From NCBI GenBank assembly GCA_023213395.1, contig CM041465.1:2790001-2854000 (forward strand): a stretch of DNA of 64,000 nt, given 5' to 3'. Shown one piece after another: positions 1-11,803 of the stretch. Under the pieces are notes generated by a model. The model saw only the letters and a list, made by a program, of their open reading frames with translations. It was not told the DNA's origin and made no database searches. Source of the stretch: Cycas panzhihuaensis (taxonomy: Eukaryota > Plantae > Cycadophyta). Position numbers and translations under genes: made by a program. The first letter of the stretch is position 1, and every line of letters begins with the position of its first letter.

Positions 1-2900
1 CTCGCTACCATCATAACCTTAACATCACCATGGAATAGGTTCCAAGGTGGAAATACTAAGATATTGCATGACACGTAAGGGCATGGCATTCATGGAAGAA
101 TCGTTGTTGACAACAATCATTTGCAAGGTACAATCAGGTGTATCGATGGTAATAGTAAATGGGAAGTTCCACTGATGTTCCCTTTCACACACGGGAGGAA
201 GGTCCTTAGGATCAAAAGAAATAATGGGTTCACGACTTTGGGTAACACCCAAAGCATGGATGGGTGTGTCATTTGATCCTAAAGCTTCCAAGAGAAGAGC
301 CCGTTGCTCGGGATAACTTCTTAAAACGTCCATCAAGGACATTCCTGCAACGACAGTATGGAGTTCATTAACGATAGAGAAAGGCTTACCCTTACAGTAG
401 GTTGGGTAAGTGCCCTTTAAAAATCGTAGTGACCAGGACACACAGGAATGGCCTTGGGAAAGAGAGGTACTTTTGAAGGAGGGTTCTCCTGAAGAGGATC
501 AAAAGGAGTAGAAGAAGAAGCACTAGCTGCTTCTTTGGCAGCTTGAGACCAGGTAAGGGCATACGAAGGAGTAGCCTCAATCATTTGGATCACCTTCTTT
601 CCCTTGTTCCGAGGCTACAAAGGTGATGGGGTACGTCAGTTAGGGGAACGGAAGGAAGAGAATAAATCTTGAGTGCCCTTCCCCTTATCGCGGGAAGGAC
701 AGAAATGTGGAAATCTTCCTCGGTTTCGGTTATTCTTGGATTGAGTGTTACAATCGCGTTCCTCATGTTTCGGTAATAGATCCTTGTGAAATGGTTGGTA
801 TAAATTAGGCCTTAAGGCCCGTTTAGGGGAGAAGTCACGTCGAGGGGCATCCTTAGGATGATGGGCCCTACAATGTAAATCATCGTGGAAGCACTCCCTA
901 TGAATGGAGTACCACTTCTTCTCAAGCGAGGGATCTATCTTCCTCGCTTGAGAGGACTAGGTGTTTCCATTCCTAGGGAGGGAAGCTTGGGTTGCTTGTT
1001 GAATTTGTTTATTAGATGTTGGAGATGAAGGAGATTGTAACTTGAGTTCCTTCACCGTACGTTCGAATGAATGTATGGCGAATGTGATCAGATCTAAAGT
1101 CTTCTCGGCTGGATGAGAAGAGGATCTAGAAGATTGTTGAGGTTTAGTATCTTTGCTTGGAGGTGGTACCTCACATCGCTGTGAGGGCTTGGGAGGCTTT
1201 TTGACTCCAGCTTGGATCTTAATAACCTCCAACGCTAAGCACTTGGAAATTGTGGAGTCACATGTGGTCGCCCCCATTTTAAGGACTTCCACATGTACTT
1301 CGAGACGAAGTGCGTTAACGGAAAGGTCTCTCTTTAACTCCTTGGGCAATATGGCCTTAGTGGAGTGAAGAAGGTCATGGAATCATCGCATAAAATCATG
1401 ATTCATCTCATCATGACCTTGTTTGAGCGATAGGAGGGATTTCATTTTGCTCTCAAATGGGCAAGCTACATCAAAGTAGTTGATGAATTTGTCCACCAAT
1501 TACTGGAATGAAAAGATAGAGTGGGCAGATAGGCAATAAAACCACTTAAGGGCATCGCCCTGCAAAGTTCGTGGAAACAATTTTATTAAGATATGGTTGT
1601 AAGCCCAGTAATCAATACATGCCATATAAAAACTACGTACATGTTCTGTTGGGTCTTGCAAAGAAGTTCCGTCAAATCTAGGAACTTCAGGAGGATGAGA
1701 CGGCAGATTAGTTCTTAATGCCTCAATAGATAAAGGTGTTGATCTATAATCCATGAAGGGATGCATCCTTGCCTGGATTGTAGGATCAATGAATGATGTA
1801 GTAGGTAGTGAGCAAGGAATAGACGAGGGTACAAACCCATCCCTCCTTGAGGAAATTCCCCTTGCTAGAAGGGGCTTGAGGATAAGCGCCTTGAAAGGGA
1901 GTCAGGTTCCCTTACGAAGGCATGGCAAAAGGGGTTGTGCTAGATGGAAAAAAAGGAGGGTGTAGAACCAGATTTTGCCTATATGGGCCGCTTGTAGGTG
2001 GGGCAATCCCATATGGGTGTAGCAGGTCCACTCCATAAGTTGGAAGGTGGTTCCCTTTACCCTACCCCCAAGGTTGAGAAGTATAACCTGGGGGTATGTA
2101 AAAGGAAAGGCCAACAGGTTGGTTTTGAGGATATGTGGGAGTAGGTCCCACATGACTAGTGGCTGAAGAGTTAGTGGGACCGATAAGCCTACTAGAGAAA
2201 GTATGCACCACATTGGGGGATGGTACATTAGTTTGGCTAGGAAAGGGTATGCTAACCTTCAATTGAGGGAAGAACGTACCACGAGAAGGTCCCAAAGCAC
2301 TAGGACCATAATGAAGGATAGAAGGTGCAACATGCATCCCCGAAATAGTAATAGGGATGGAACGGGACGAATGTGTAGGCACAAAAAGATTGGTTGTTAC
2401 AAAAGGAGCAGATGAGGATGAAGAAAGTGGGGAAGGAGCAGACGAGGAAGGGGCACCCCCATGGAAGGCATCTTCAAACCATCTAGGACGTGGTTGAAAA
2501 TGAGCAACGCGACAGCACTCATTAAAAGCTTCAACCACGTCGGCGGGAGGGGTATCTACATGATCATAAGAGGTAGATGGGACCTCAAATGAAGTAGATC
2601 CCTCAGGACGTTCCTCATAAGAATCACCAACCGAGTGGTAAATCTCAAGAGGAAAGAATCCTTCTACCGCATGAGTAGGAGGATGGGCATCAAGCAGGTG
2701 ATGTTGGTCACCCGGGTAGTAGATAGGACCATCACCCTCCTAGGTGGATCTCGTAATAGAAGAGGTAAACTCATGAGTTCCCAAAGCTCATGTGTGGTAG
2801 GCCCAATTGGAAGGGTATCCTTCCATAGTTAAATCAGAATCTGGCGAAGGAAGAGGATGATACCTAGGATCTTCTAACAATGGAGGTAAGCCACGTAAGT
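1..2900 (-). pseudogene. gag: Disrupted gag-protease polyprotein
   Basis: ORF 1500-1766 'VPRFDGTSLQDPTEHVRSF...LIKLFPRTLQGDALKWF' is retrotransposon gag; ORF 25-441 'ISFDPKDLP...MIVVNNDSSMNAMP' resembles the Tat protease VLVDNGSSxNxMP; Pro/Ser-rich N-terminus at 2062-2538; start approximate. Confidence 0.8.
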
Positions 2901-3066
2901 GACGAGAGAAGCATTACATACAAAGCTACCCAACACTTTAGAAGAAAGAAAGGGCGAGAAGGAGTGCACGTTGGGGGCTGCCCAACGAAGGAAACGAAGT
3001 GGGATGAACCACAAGAAAGTAGCAATACTAATAGAAAAGAGCGAAGACTAGCTCCCTTACTGGCAA

Positions 3067-3085
3067 ATCCCCAGTATGATCACCA
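3067..3085 (-). promoter_or_regulatory. Primer-binding site, probably tRNA-Arg type, decayed
   Basis: Minus strand ...GCATCCA-C-TGGTGATCATACTGGGGAT, resembling the Tat/Ogre tRNA-Arg PBS TGGCGACTCCACTGGGGAT, 1 nt after an LTR-terminal CA. Confidence 0.65.
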
Positions 3086-3086
3086 G

Positions 3087-5797
3087 TGGATGCATGTCTA
3101 TGGGATAGCTACCTAACTGAGTAGGAATAATGAGGGTGATCAATGGCACTATCAAGTATGGATAAGAACCTACGAGCAAGGCAAATACCACGCAGGGTGC
3201 CCCGTGTGCCGGAGCGCGAGTTCAGGATCTGTGGATGGTACCTAGCTACCAAAAGGTGGTTCCCCACTTCCACTAAGAAAAGAGAAGGCAGAAGAGTAGT
3301 CAGGATGGATCTTGAAGAAGGGTCCTTCCACCCTTAGATGGCTGGAAGGGAAGGGAGAGAAACCCCCAAGGGTTCCCCATAGCAGAGGGAAATAAGTAGG
3401 TGAATAACCTATGGTTGAGGCTCCCTTAGTTGCTCGGATGAGTGGAGGAAACCAGGGGGAAATGTGAAGATTAATCAGGGTGAGGGTGCTAAAGGCACAC
3501 AAGTAAACGGAGTAAAACCAATACAAGCTAAGATGGCAAGGGCAAAGCTTATAAACTAAAGGGAAAAGGTTGGGAGAAAAGTCTTCCTAAAACCTTTTCC
3601 TATAATAGATGTGATGTACAAAGGTGCTAAACTGAATGTAAACCAAAAGAAGAATCAATTTCTTTTTTCCTTTCAAGTGATCTAATTACTACCATGCAAG
3701 AACTTCTAAAGAAAAGAGAATAAAAATGAAGCGAAGGCACATACCTGGAATGGAGATGCGATTGAAGTGGCAGCATTCCCACAAGGTGTCCAAGATCACT
3801 ACACAAAGCATGGCAAAAGAGAGGGGTCGTAGTAGGACAAAGCGTGGGGCTTCCTTACCTTCCCCGGGAGTGATACTAGAGTGCCAAGAAAGAAAAAAAT
3901 GACAGCGATAACAGCAAATGAAATGCTATAATAAATATGAATACATACACTTACCCGAGAGAGAGGAAAAGGGATAAGTCCTTTGCATCCTCCGTGTACC
4001 TGCAAGTAAGTGAGAGTATCCCTTTCCAAAGAAAGGGTTCTAGCAATACAAAGTGGAATCCCAACAACACATGTATGTATGTACCAAAAATAAGCCTCTA
4101 TACATATATGTTAGCATTCATGAACCACAAGTTTATAATAACAAACTATGATGAAAACTATCCAAATGAATGGTAGATAAGTTGGTAAGCCTTAGAGTGA
4201 CCCACCTCCCATAAGGAGCAATCCTACCTTCCCTTAAGAAGCCACAAGGTAGCGAGGATAGGCTTGTACAAAGGGCTGCAAAATGGAGACAACAAAAGTG
4301 CAAGGAAGCTCAAAGAGATCCTCAACAAACCAGAATGCTATGGGAAGCAATCCGAGTTGCCAGGAGTAAGGTTGAGTTAGGGACAAGTAGCTGGGGCTTA
4401 TGCATTGCCTGGATGGAGGATATAGGCTTGCAAACTAGTGTTGCAACAACTGCAAACACTGATTTTAGCGACTAGAAACAAGTTTCTAACCCTTAGCCCC
4501 ACTCCAGGAGTAGCACGGGGACAAAGAGGAAGGTTTGGAGGGTAGGAGCCTCTTAGGGAGTGTGAGAGTGGTGTGGAATCTACCCAGCTCTATCCCAAAC
4601 CTTATGCAACCCTCTTTGGTTGTTATCCTGGGCATGAAATATAGGAAAAGAAGCCTAAACAGTAGGGGAAACAATCTAAGACAAAGGCAAGAAGTAACCT
4701 CCAAAAATAAGACAAGACAAGCTAGTGCAAACCATGCAAAACTAAGTATAAACTAGGCAAGGAGAGACCTTAGACCAATAAATACCATTTAGAGAAGATG
4801 GGAGGCATTTGCCTCTGCCAAAACCTATTGAGAAGAGGCTGAGAAATTTGAAGAAAAGCTGTAGAGCAACAAGTATGGAGTCCCTGCTAAGATGGCTGAA
4901 GAAAAGTCCTTCACTTGATACCACTTGGTGGCTGCCTGGGCAAAGAGGTCCTGGAAACTCTTCAAGGAGGCCCTCCACAGAGCAAGGGCGTGAAGATATC
5001 ACAGCCGAGCCAAAGGAGAGTTAGGTGCTAGAGAGTGGTTGCAGGTCCTAGAACAACAGTGGAGCAGTAGGAGATAACAGACAGCAGGATGTTTTTCCTT
5101 GTTGATTCTTCTAAAATGAGCCCAAAAGATCTTAAAAAGTGAGTTGGGTAAGGCTTAAATACCCAGCCCCAGCCCTAATCAAGTGATTAGGGCTCGGCTG
5201 ACAGTGAGTTGAGTCATGAGACATGTTGCAATTCTACAATAAATGCATGAATTACCACGGCGGTTCTTAAAAATAAGTCATGACAGTCGCACCACGGTAA
5301 ACTTTGTGGTACCGCAGTAGACATCGTGGTACCGCGAAATCTACCGTAGTGCAAGACTAGAGGTCAAAACTAGCCCAAACAGCCAGCTTGGGATGTGGAC
5401 CAGTGACCTAGGAGGCTTCAAGGGGCAGCCCACCGCCAGAGGCGCATAAGTAGACAAATGAGCCATAGGAAGCAATAATGGGACTCAAAGGTGTGACAAG
5501 TCAACCAAACGATGATGGGTCATCACATGGGTGAGAATGACATGAACCAAATGGGTCTTAAGATGAGTAGGGCAGAATGCGGGAAGTGATGCAGCCACCG
5601 GGGTGTCATACTCACTGGGAATGTGCCCCTGCTATAGTCATCATAGGCTAAATGAGTGTAGACAACACAAACCCATCTACGAAGATGTAGCATGCAAGCA
5701 AGTATTTCTCACAAAAGAAAATAATAATAAGATGAGAAACACACTTACACTTACCTGAGTTGACCGCTCTGTATTCGTTCCTGGAAGCTAGGAAACA
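3087..5797 (-). repeat. Tat-type LTR, about 2.7 kb, flanked by PPT on one side and PBS on the other
   Basis: Minus strand starts TGTTTCCTAGC directly after PPT AAGGGGGTAG and ends ...TCCA before the PBS; TATA-like TATTTAA near 5155-5161; both ends resemble LTR 60918-63539. Confidence 0.8.
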
Positions 5798-5807
5798 CTA
5801 CCCCCTT
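5798..5807 (-). promoter_or_regulatory. Polypurine tract
   Basis: AAGGGGGTAG abutting the LTR TG; same junction (AGGGGGTAG-TGTTTCCTAGC) recurs at 63529-63548. Confidence 0.85.
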
Positions 5808-6134
5808 GGTAGCAGAGCCTCACCGCTCAGAAGCATGGTGCGATAGCAAATGCTGGCAACACAACTCTCAGTAGCACATGTGTATGTGGATATATAAGTC
5901 AGGATCATAACAATAGTCAAGGGTGCCGGTGAATGTTGTGGCAGAATGCCTGGATATGAAGGTAGAGGTAAAGGGAGCATAGGGGTTACCTATGTGCCAC
6001 CCGGAAGTCAACTAGAAAACACAAAGGGTGAGGGGGCTTCCCCCACCACAAAAGATGTAAAGAGATATACATAACCAAGTAGGAAAGATGAGTGAACAAA
6101 ACTGGCAGTCGCCATAGTTTAACCTCATTAGTGG

Positions 6135-6647
6135 CTAGGTTTCGGAGGTGCGAACAGATCGTAAGAAGAACAAAGATGACGGCTCAGGACTCGTGACAGA
6201 GCGGCCTGGACGGTCTCGTGGACGGCCAATGAGAAGAGGGAGGTGACACTCAATGGTGAGGCGAACGAGACTATCTACCTCAGCGTTGAGGGCTCGAGGA
6301 ATGTGTCGAATGTCGACAGACTGGAAGCAAGACAAAAGGGATCTGGCGGTCAAAGTAAGGGCTCTCAAGTAAGGGCATCGCACTTAGTAAACCTGAGTGA
6401 GATGGGACATCACAACCTAGGAGTCACAAAGAAGAACAATCGATTCGTGATGGAAGCAAAGAGCATTTGTCAGAGCTTTAATGAGAGTTGTGTACTCGGC
6501 TTCATTATTAGTAGCCTCTGGGATGAAGACCCCAAAGCGTAAGAAATCGTGTCCAGAGGGACTGCGAAGGATCCATGCAGCAGTAGAAGGTCCAAGGTTA
6601 CCGCAGCTTCCGTCGTTGGTAAAAATATAGAGAGACATGGGTGACAT
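6135..6647 (-). pseudogene. Archaeal-type RNase H (aRH, RVT_3-like) as a separate ORF, two in-frame stops
   Basis: MSPMSLYIFTNDGSCGNLGPS.AAWILR...ATNNEAEY..LI.AL...IVLLCDS*VV...FQSVDIRHIPRALNAEVDSL: D-E-D-D catalytic set and HIPRxxN motif; ORFs 6417-6737 and 6135-6383 share a frame. Confidence 0.9.
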
Positions 6648-7159
6648 AAAGTCCTGGTAATAATAAACAATAACGAAGCGAAAAGAGGCTTGAAAGGCAA
6701 GCAATAAATAACCGTGAAGGGTAGGAGGACCTAGCAATGAGGCTACCCAAGGACGAGAGCAAGCTAACCGACCACTGCTTGAGAGCAGGCAGAAAAGGTA
6801 CCCTGGGGTACCAAAGGTTGCTTCGGGAAGTAAAACATGCCCCCAGACTGGGGAGCACTCCCACTAGAGGCCCCAGGAGCAGAAAAGAGCTGCGGAAACG
6901 GGTCCGGGATGGCGAAATAAGCCAAACGAGTATAAACTTAGGCATGCACTGGGGTGGCATGTAAAACAAGACAGAAAGACCCTGCAAAAAAGTACAATGA
7001 CAAGGTGCCATAAATGCACTCACAAGAAGGAGCGAAAAGGAAGCTATAGGAGTGCAATGGGAGACAGGGCTAGAAGACAAAGGTGATCCAGGAAACGGGA
7101 TGGTCCAGACGGCTGTCACGAGAGCAAAAATAGAGACAGTGCCTGTCAGGGTCCCCACC

Positions 7160-7166
7160 TATATAA
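7160..7166 (+). promoter_or_regulatory. TATA box of the antisense PMD gene, in near-palindromic CCTATATAAGG
   Basis: TATATAA about 165 bp upstream of ATG 7327 in a CpG-retaining segment. Confidence 0.6.
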
Positions 7167-7326
7167 GGAAATTCGACAGAAAACAGATTCATTTTCACCG
7201 ACTCTCGAGAGAATCCAGAGCGATTTCCTTACGCAGCGGAGTGCTACCCGACTACGGAGGCACGCAGAGGGAGATCAGACCATTGGATCAGAGCACGAAG
7301 ATAGCCATTGAGACCATCAGAGTGTG

Positions 7327-9755
7327 ATGGCGACAGCTAGGTCGAATCTAGTGAGTGGATCCTATGAAACCCATCCCATTTCAAAGTTTTAGTTTTGGTG
7401 CTTTCTTATGATTTTTATGTAGTTTTTGGGCCCCATATGGGCAAATAGTGACCTCTTAGAGTCTGAATTAGACCTAGAAAGAGGGGAGACCTGGGCATTA
7501 GGTAGCCCTAGTCCTGGTGGGCCCCATAGGGGTCCACCCAGGAAGAATTTTTTTATGTTTTTGGGTAGAAAACCCCCCCTTTTGGGGGGGTGCCATTCGC
7601 ACTGTGGTAAAGATCGCGCTCCTATGATTTTTACTGCAGGGCCCTGATCGCCACGGGACCCAAGCTAAACTCATTGCATCAGGAGTTTAGCGGGCAAAGG
7701 TGAACCTATAGAAAAAAGAAGATGGAGGGGGCCAGCAGGCCCCGTATCTCGATCAGGCAAAGCTAAGAGATGGCTGGAAGGTCAGAGAGCTTATATGAGC
7801 TTATTTTAACTGGTTTTTGTGGTGTTTGTAGGCAATTATCGTGGTAGATAACCGCGAGAATATAGGGATGGCTATGCTTAGCTTCATCGAGATGATGTCT
7901 AGGGAGGATAAGGGGGTCCTATGGAGGTGTGGCTTGTTGAAGGCCCTGAAGACACCTCAGTACATATCAGACCAGAGACTATTAGTTGATATAGTATCAC
8001 ATTGGGACTAGAGGAGGCACGTTTTCCACCTACCCAGGTGGGAGACGTGACAGTGACGTCGAGGGACATCGAGCGGATACTGGGAGTACCGGCGACTAGG
8101 AGGCTAGTTGCACTAGGAGCGCTGCCTAACAATGAGACAACACACAGGGAGGCAGTAGTGTTTTTCACAGGGGCAGACATATGGGAGAGGAGAGGGGTTC
8201 CTCTCCAGACCATGGTTATGTCCAGAGTTCCTTTTTGTGAGGAAACTCATCACATTGTGCATTCTATTTTGGATTTCCTAGAAATAGAACTATAGGGACA
8301 TCCCTGGGGAATGGATAGATGCAGTGTGTCGTTGTGAGGTCGGTGAGAGGATGGATTGGGTCACCTTGATAGTGGCGAACCTCATCGCACAGTTGGATGC
8401 TATCAGGATGACAGACAGGGGGGGACTATCAAATAGCACGTTGCTATAGTGTTGGTTCTTCAATCATTTTGGAGCAGTGGCACCAACTGAGGGACCACAC
8501 CCCATTTTAGTGTGGGCCCCGATGGTCCACAGGTGATAGACCAAACTGAGGGGGACAAAGGACTAGGCCTATGTCCAACGTTCAATGGAGGCTACATCGT
8601 TGGACCTCCTCACTATGATGGATTTCATAGCATACCCATACAGAGTAGTGAGGTGAGACAGCGACAATGAGGCAGGGGGAGCCGGGATACTCCTAGGGGA
8701 TGATGATGATGGAGATGGAGGAGATGGGACCAGCCCACCACGACCTGCGGGAGGGGTAGGCCTATCAGGGATAGTAAGAGGAGTAATAGGGCCATCTGGG
8801 ACTGCCAGCAGAGAGGTAGGCCAATCAGGGGCTACGAAGGAGAGCAGGGGGCCAGTGACGAGGGCCCACAGGCTATGGATTGTGAGGAGATCCAAAGAGG
8901 TGACAGCTGAGCTAGTCCCAGTGAAGAGAGAGGCCTATGCAGAGGAGGTAGCTAAGGAGGAGGTACCAGCAGCTAGTGGGGAGCCATGAGCAGAGGCTAT
9001 CGCACGGGTAGAGGAGCCGGTGACTACGGTAGGTGAGACCTTACCTCCTCATCATTTGATAACCAGATAGATAGTTTGATTTGGTTTTATTTTGGTATGC
9101 AGTTGGATATATACTGACATATAGTATGTTGGGTTTGCAGGTACCACAGAGATCTAGCAGTTAGTAGAGGCCATGGTGAGGGAGATGTTCCCTCAAATAT
9201 ACACAGAGGGGCATCCGCCCATTCAGGCAGAGGATGCACATAGATCGGTAGGTGCCCACATGGCAGCATTCACCCCACTAGCAAGGGCAAGAGACATATG
9301 GGCTGCAGAGTCCCAGGAGCATATAGCATTCATGGGACAGATGCAACGAGAGCTGGACGAGGCTTAGGGTGTGCAAGACGTATTATAGAGTCGCGTACAG
9401 GCACTAGAGGCCCAAGGCAGAGCCGGAGGGGATATGGGGAGCCATATCCAGGTGGCGATGCTAAAGGAGAGACCCTGAGGGATGGAGGAGAGGTTGTGCC
9501 TCATAGAGGCAGAGCAGGATTATATCGAGGTGTGATACGATTGACTGGTTGAGGACATGGCAGTATTGAGGTTAGCACGGAGTAGGATTCAGACCCATAC
9601 GGTAGTGACGACCTTGAGGAGGCCACGAGATGAGGGGAGTGAGGTACGGAGCTCGTGGAGACCTAGGAGGAGTCTCAGAGGGATGTGGCCCCAGGAGAGG
9701 GATCACACAGACCAGGAGATGATACCCCAGGAACGGGGCAGTAGTAGTGTGGTAG
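7327..9755 (+). pseudogene. Spliced plant mobile domain (PMD, aminotransferase-like) gene, antisense to the retroelement
   Basis: Exons 7327-7350, 7640-7780, 7832-9032, 9141-~9755; GT-AG introns 7351-7639, 7781-7831, 9033-9140. Exons 1-3 splice in frame to MATARSNL/GPDRHG.../...LLVDIVSHWD*RRHVFHLP-(fs)-VGDVTVTSRDIERILGVP, matching PMD 'LVERWRPETHTFHLPxGEMTVTLxDVxxILGLP'. Stops are mostly CAG>TAG; end approximate. Confidence 0.8.
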
Positions 9756-10354
9756 TTATGCATTTGATTTTGACAGGGGAAAGCATGGGACTCCAGGGGG
9801 TCATATATATAGAGTCATATGATTGTACCCCCCCTGCAAGGACACCGGCTTCCCATATGTATGATATAACATATGATTTTGATGTGTATATATATAGACG
9901 GGGTAATTGGCGCCCCATTTTGATATGAGATGATGTGTATATCATGTGTGACAGATGATATGTATGTTTTATTATGTATGTTATAGATTCTTTGTTATAT
10001 GATGCACGTATTTCCTTCCATGCATGGCCGTATATCTAACAGGAGCACACGCGACCACCATGAGTAAAGGCGATAGACACATGTGGGGTTAGAAATAGGG
10101 TGACACGTATGTCCATGGAGGAGCATAGCAGGATATGTGAAGGAAATACTAAATGAGAGGGGGGAGTAACGATACTCCAGAGAGTCATCCTAACTGGGGG
10201 GTGCCCAAATATGAAGACAAGAGTCCCAAAAGGATATGGGAACACAGGTTCCACAGGAGGAACCAGAAAGAAACGGAAGAGGCCATCCTAAGTTGTCATT
10301 CCACCTATGGCTGGGAGAAATGGGAACAACTTAAGATGGTAGTTTAGGCTCATT

Positions 10355-11803
10355 TCAGAGTGTGGGTGAAGTGACAACAAGGTCAAGAGTAAAACTTCTA
10401 AGGAATTTCCCATTAATAGCTTTCTCAAACTCAAGACCTTCTAGGGTGGCAATCCTATAAGTAGCATTACCGAGGGTCTTGATAATGATGAAAAGGCCAA
10501 CCCATCTAGGTTTGAATTTGGTCAAACAGTCATGAAGATATTCTAATTTGAGGACGTGGTCCCTAGGAAACAAAGGATAGGAACTAAGATGTTTATCGTA
10601 GGTCCTTTGTGAGTGAGCTTTAGATGCCAGGTCAGCTTGATAAGCAGCTAAACGTCTCTCGTCCAAAGCTTCGAGGTCTAGAAGGCGAGCCTGACGGATC
10701 GACTCCTCGTCAATGAGAGCTCAAAGAGAGACTCACAAGGAAGGGATTTCCACTTCTAACAGGAGTACCACCTCGATATCGTAGACCAGGGAGAACAGGG
10801 TCATTCCTGTGGCAGAATGGATAGAGGTACGATAAGCCCACAAAGCAGAAGGCAACTGGAGGTGCTAGTCTCTTTGAGACTAAGCAACAGTTTTCTTTAG
10901 GATATTAATGAGAGTCTTGTTAAATGACTCTACCTAACCATTTGCTTGGAGGTAGTAAGGAGATGAGGTCTTATAAGAAATCTTCAACTTCTCGCAAAGC
11001 TCATCCATCTCCTTGTTACAAAAGGGGGTTCCATTATCAGTGATTAAGACATTTGGAATCCTAAAATGATAAATGATATGCTGGTAAACAAAGGTGGCAA
11101 TCATTTTACCAGGAGTAGTAATTAAGGGAATGGCCTCTACCCATTTGGTGAAGTATTCTGTAGTAGTCAAGATAAACTTGTGCTGCGATGACGAAGGTGA
11201 AGAGATAGCCTCGATGAGGTCTAGCCCCCACTGAGCGAAAGGCCATGGAGAAGTAATGGGGTGAAGGGCCTCGGAAGGCACATGGGAGATGTTGGCATGT
11301 TCCTGACATTGCCGGCATCTCAGGGCAAAGGTGTGGGCGTCCTTAAAGAGGGACGACCAAAAGTAACCTATACAAAGGATCCTCTGGGCCATAGACTGGC
11401 CCCCACAAATACCATGGTGGCATTCGTAGAGTATTTGGTTGGCTTCGTCGGCAGTGATGTAGCAAAGGAGGATCCCATCGAAGGACCTCTTGTACAATAC
11501 TTCATCCATGAGGATGTATTACCTAGCAGAAGTCCAGATACGAGATGTAACTTTACTACTAACATCAGGGTAGTATTGTTGTTGCGTGAGATACTACACT
11601 ATATTGCCATACCACTCATTGTCGATGAATGGATGAGGAGAGACATCCTGAATCATCAAGATGGACTTATCAGGGAGTGAATCATCGATGGGTGTATCAA
11701 AAGAGTTAGGAATAGGGGTGTCTGCGAGCTGCTCGGCCACCACCATTCCCTTCTTCGATTTCCGGTTAATGATATGAAGGTCGAATTCTTAGAGTAGGAC
11801 GAC
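10355..11803 (-). pseudogene. pol: pol C-terminus: end of RNase H directly followed by integrase
   Basis: VVLL*EFDLHIINRKSKKGMVVAEQLAD (RH end); CHHGICG...CRQCQ zinc motif; WPFAQWGLD...YFTKWVEA...ITDNG..F core; KFKPRWVGLF GPF/Y region. Confidence 0.92.

Larger units (their letters stand above)
1..3086 (-). mobile_element. Ty3/Gypsy Tat-type retrotransposon, 5' internal part (PBS, gag, protease), continuing beyond the left edge
   Basis: Follows LTR 3087-5797 and PBS 3067-3085 on the minus strand; gag fragment 1500-1766 and protease-like fragment 25-441. Confidence 0.85.
5798..11803 (-). mobile_element. Tat-type retrotransposon, 3' internal part (RNase H end, integrase, antisense PMD gene, stand-alone aRNase H, PPT); 5'-truncated
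   Basis: Domain order read from ORFs; abrupt junction with AT-rich Gypsy relic at about 11804. Confidence 0.85.

Noticed and set aside
3143-5024. Short ORFs within the Tat LTR
   Set aside because: No recognisable domains; expected by chance in GC-richer LTR DNA
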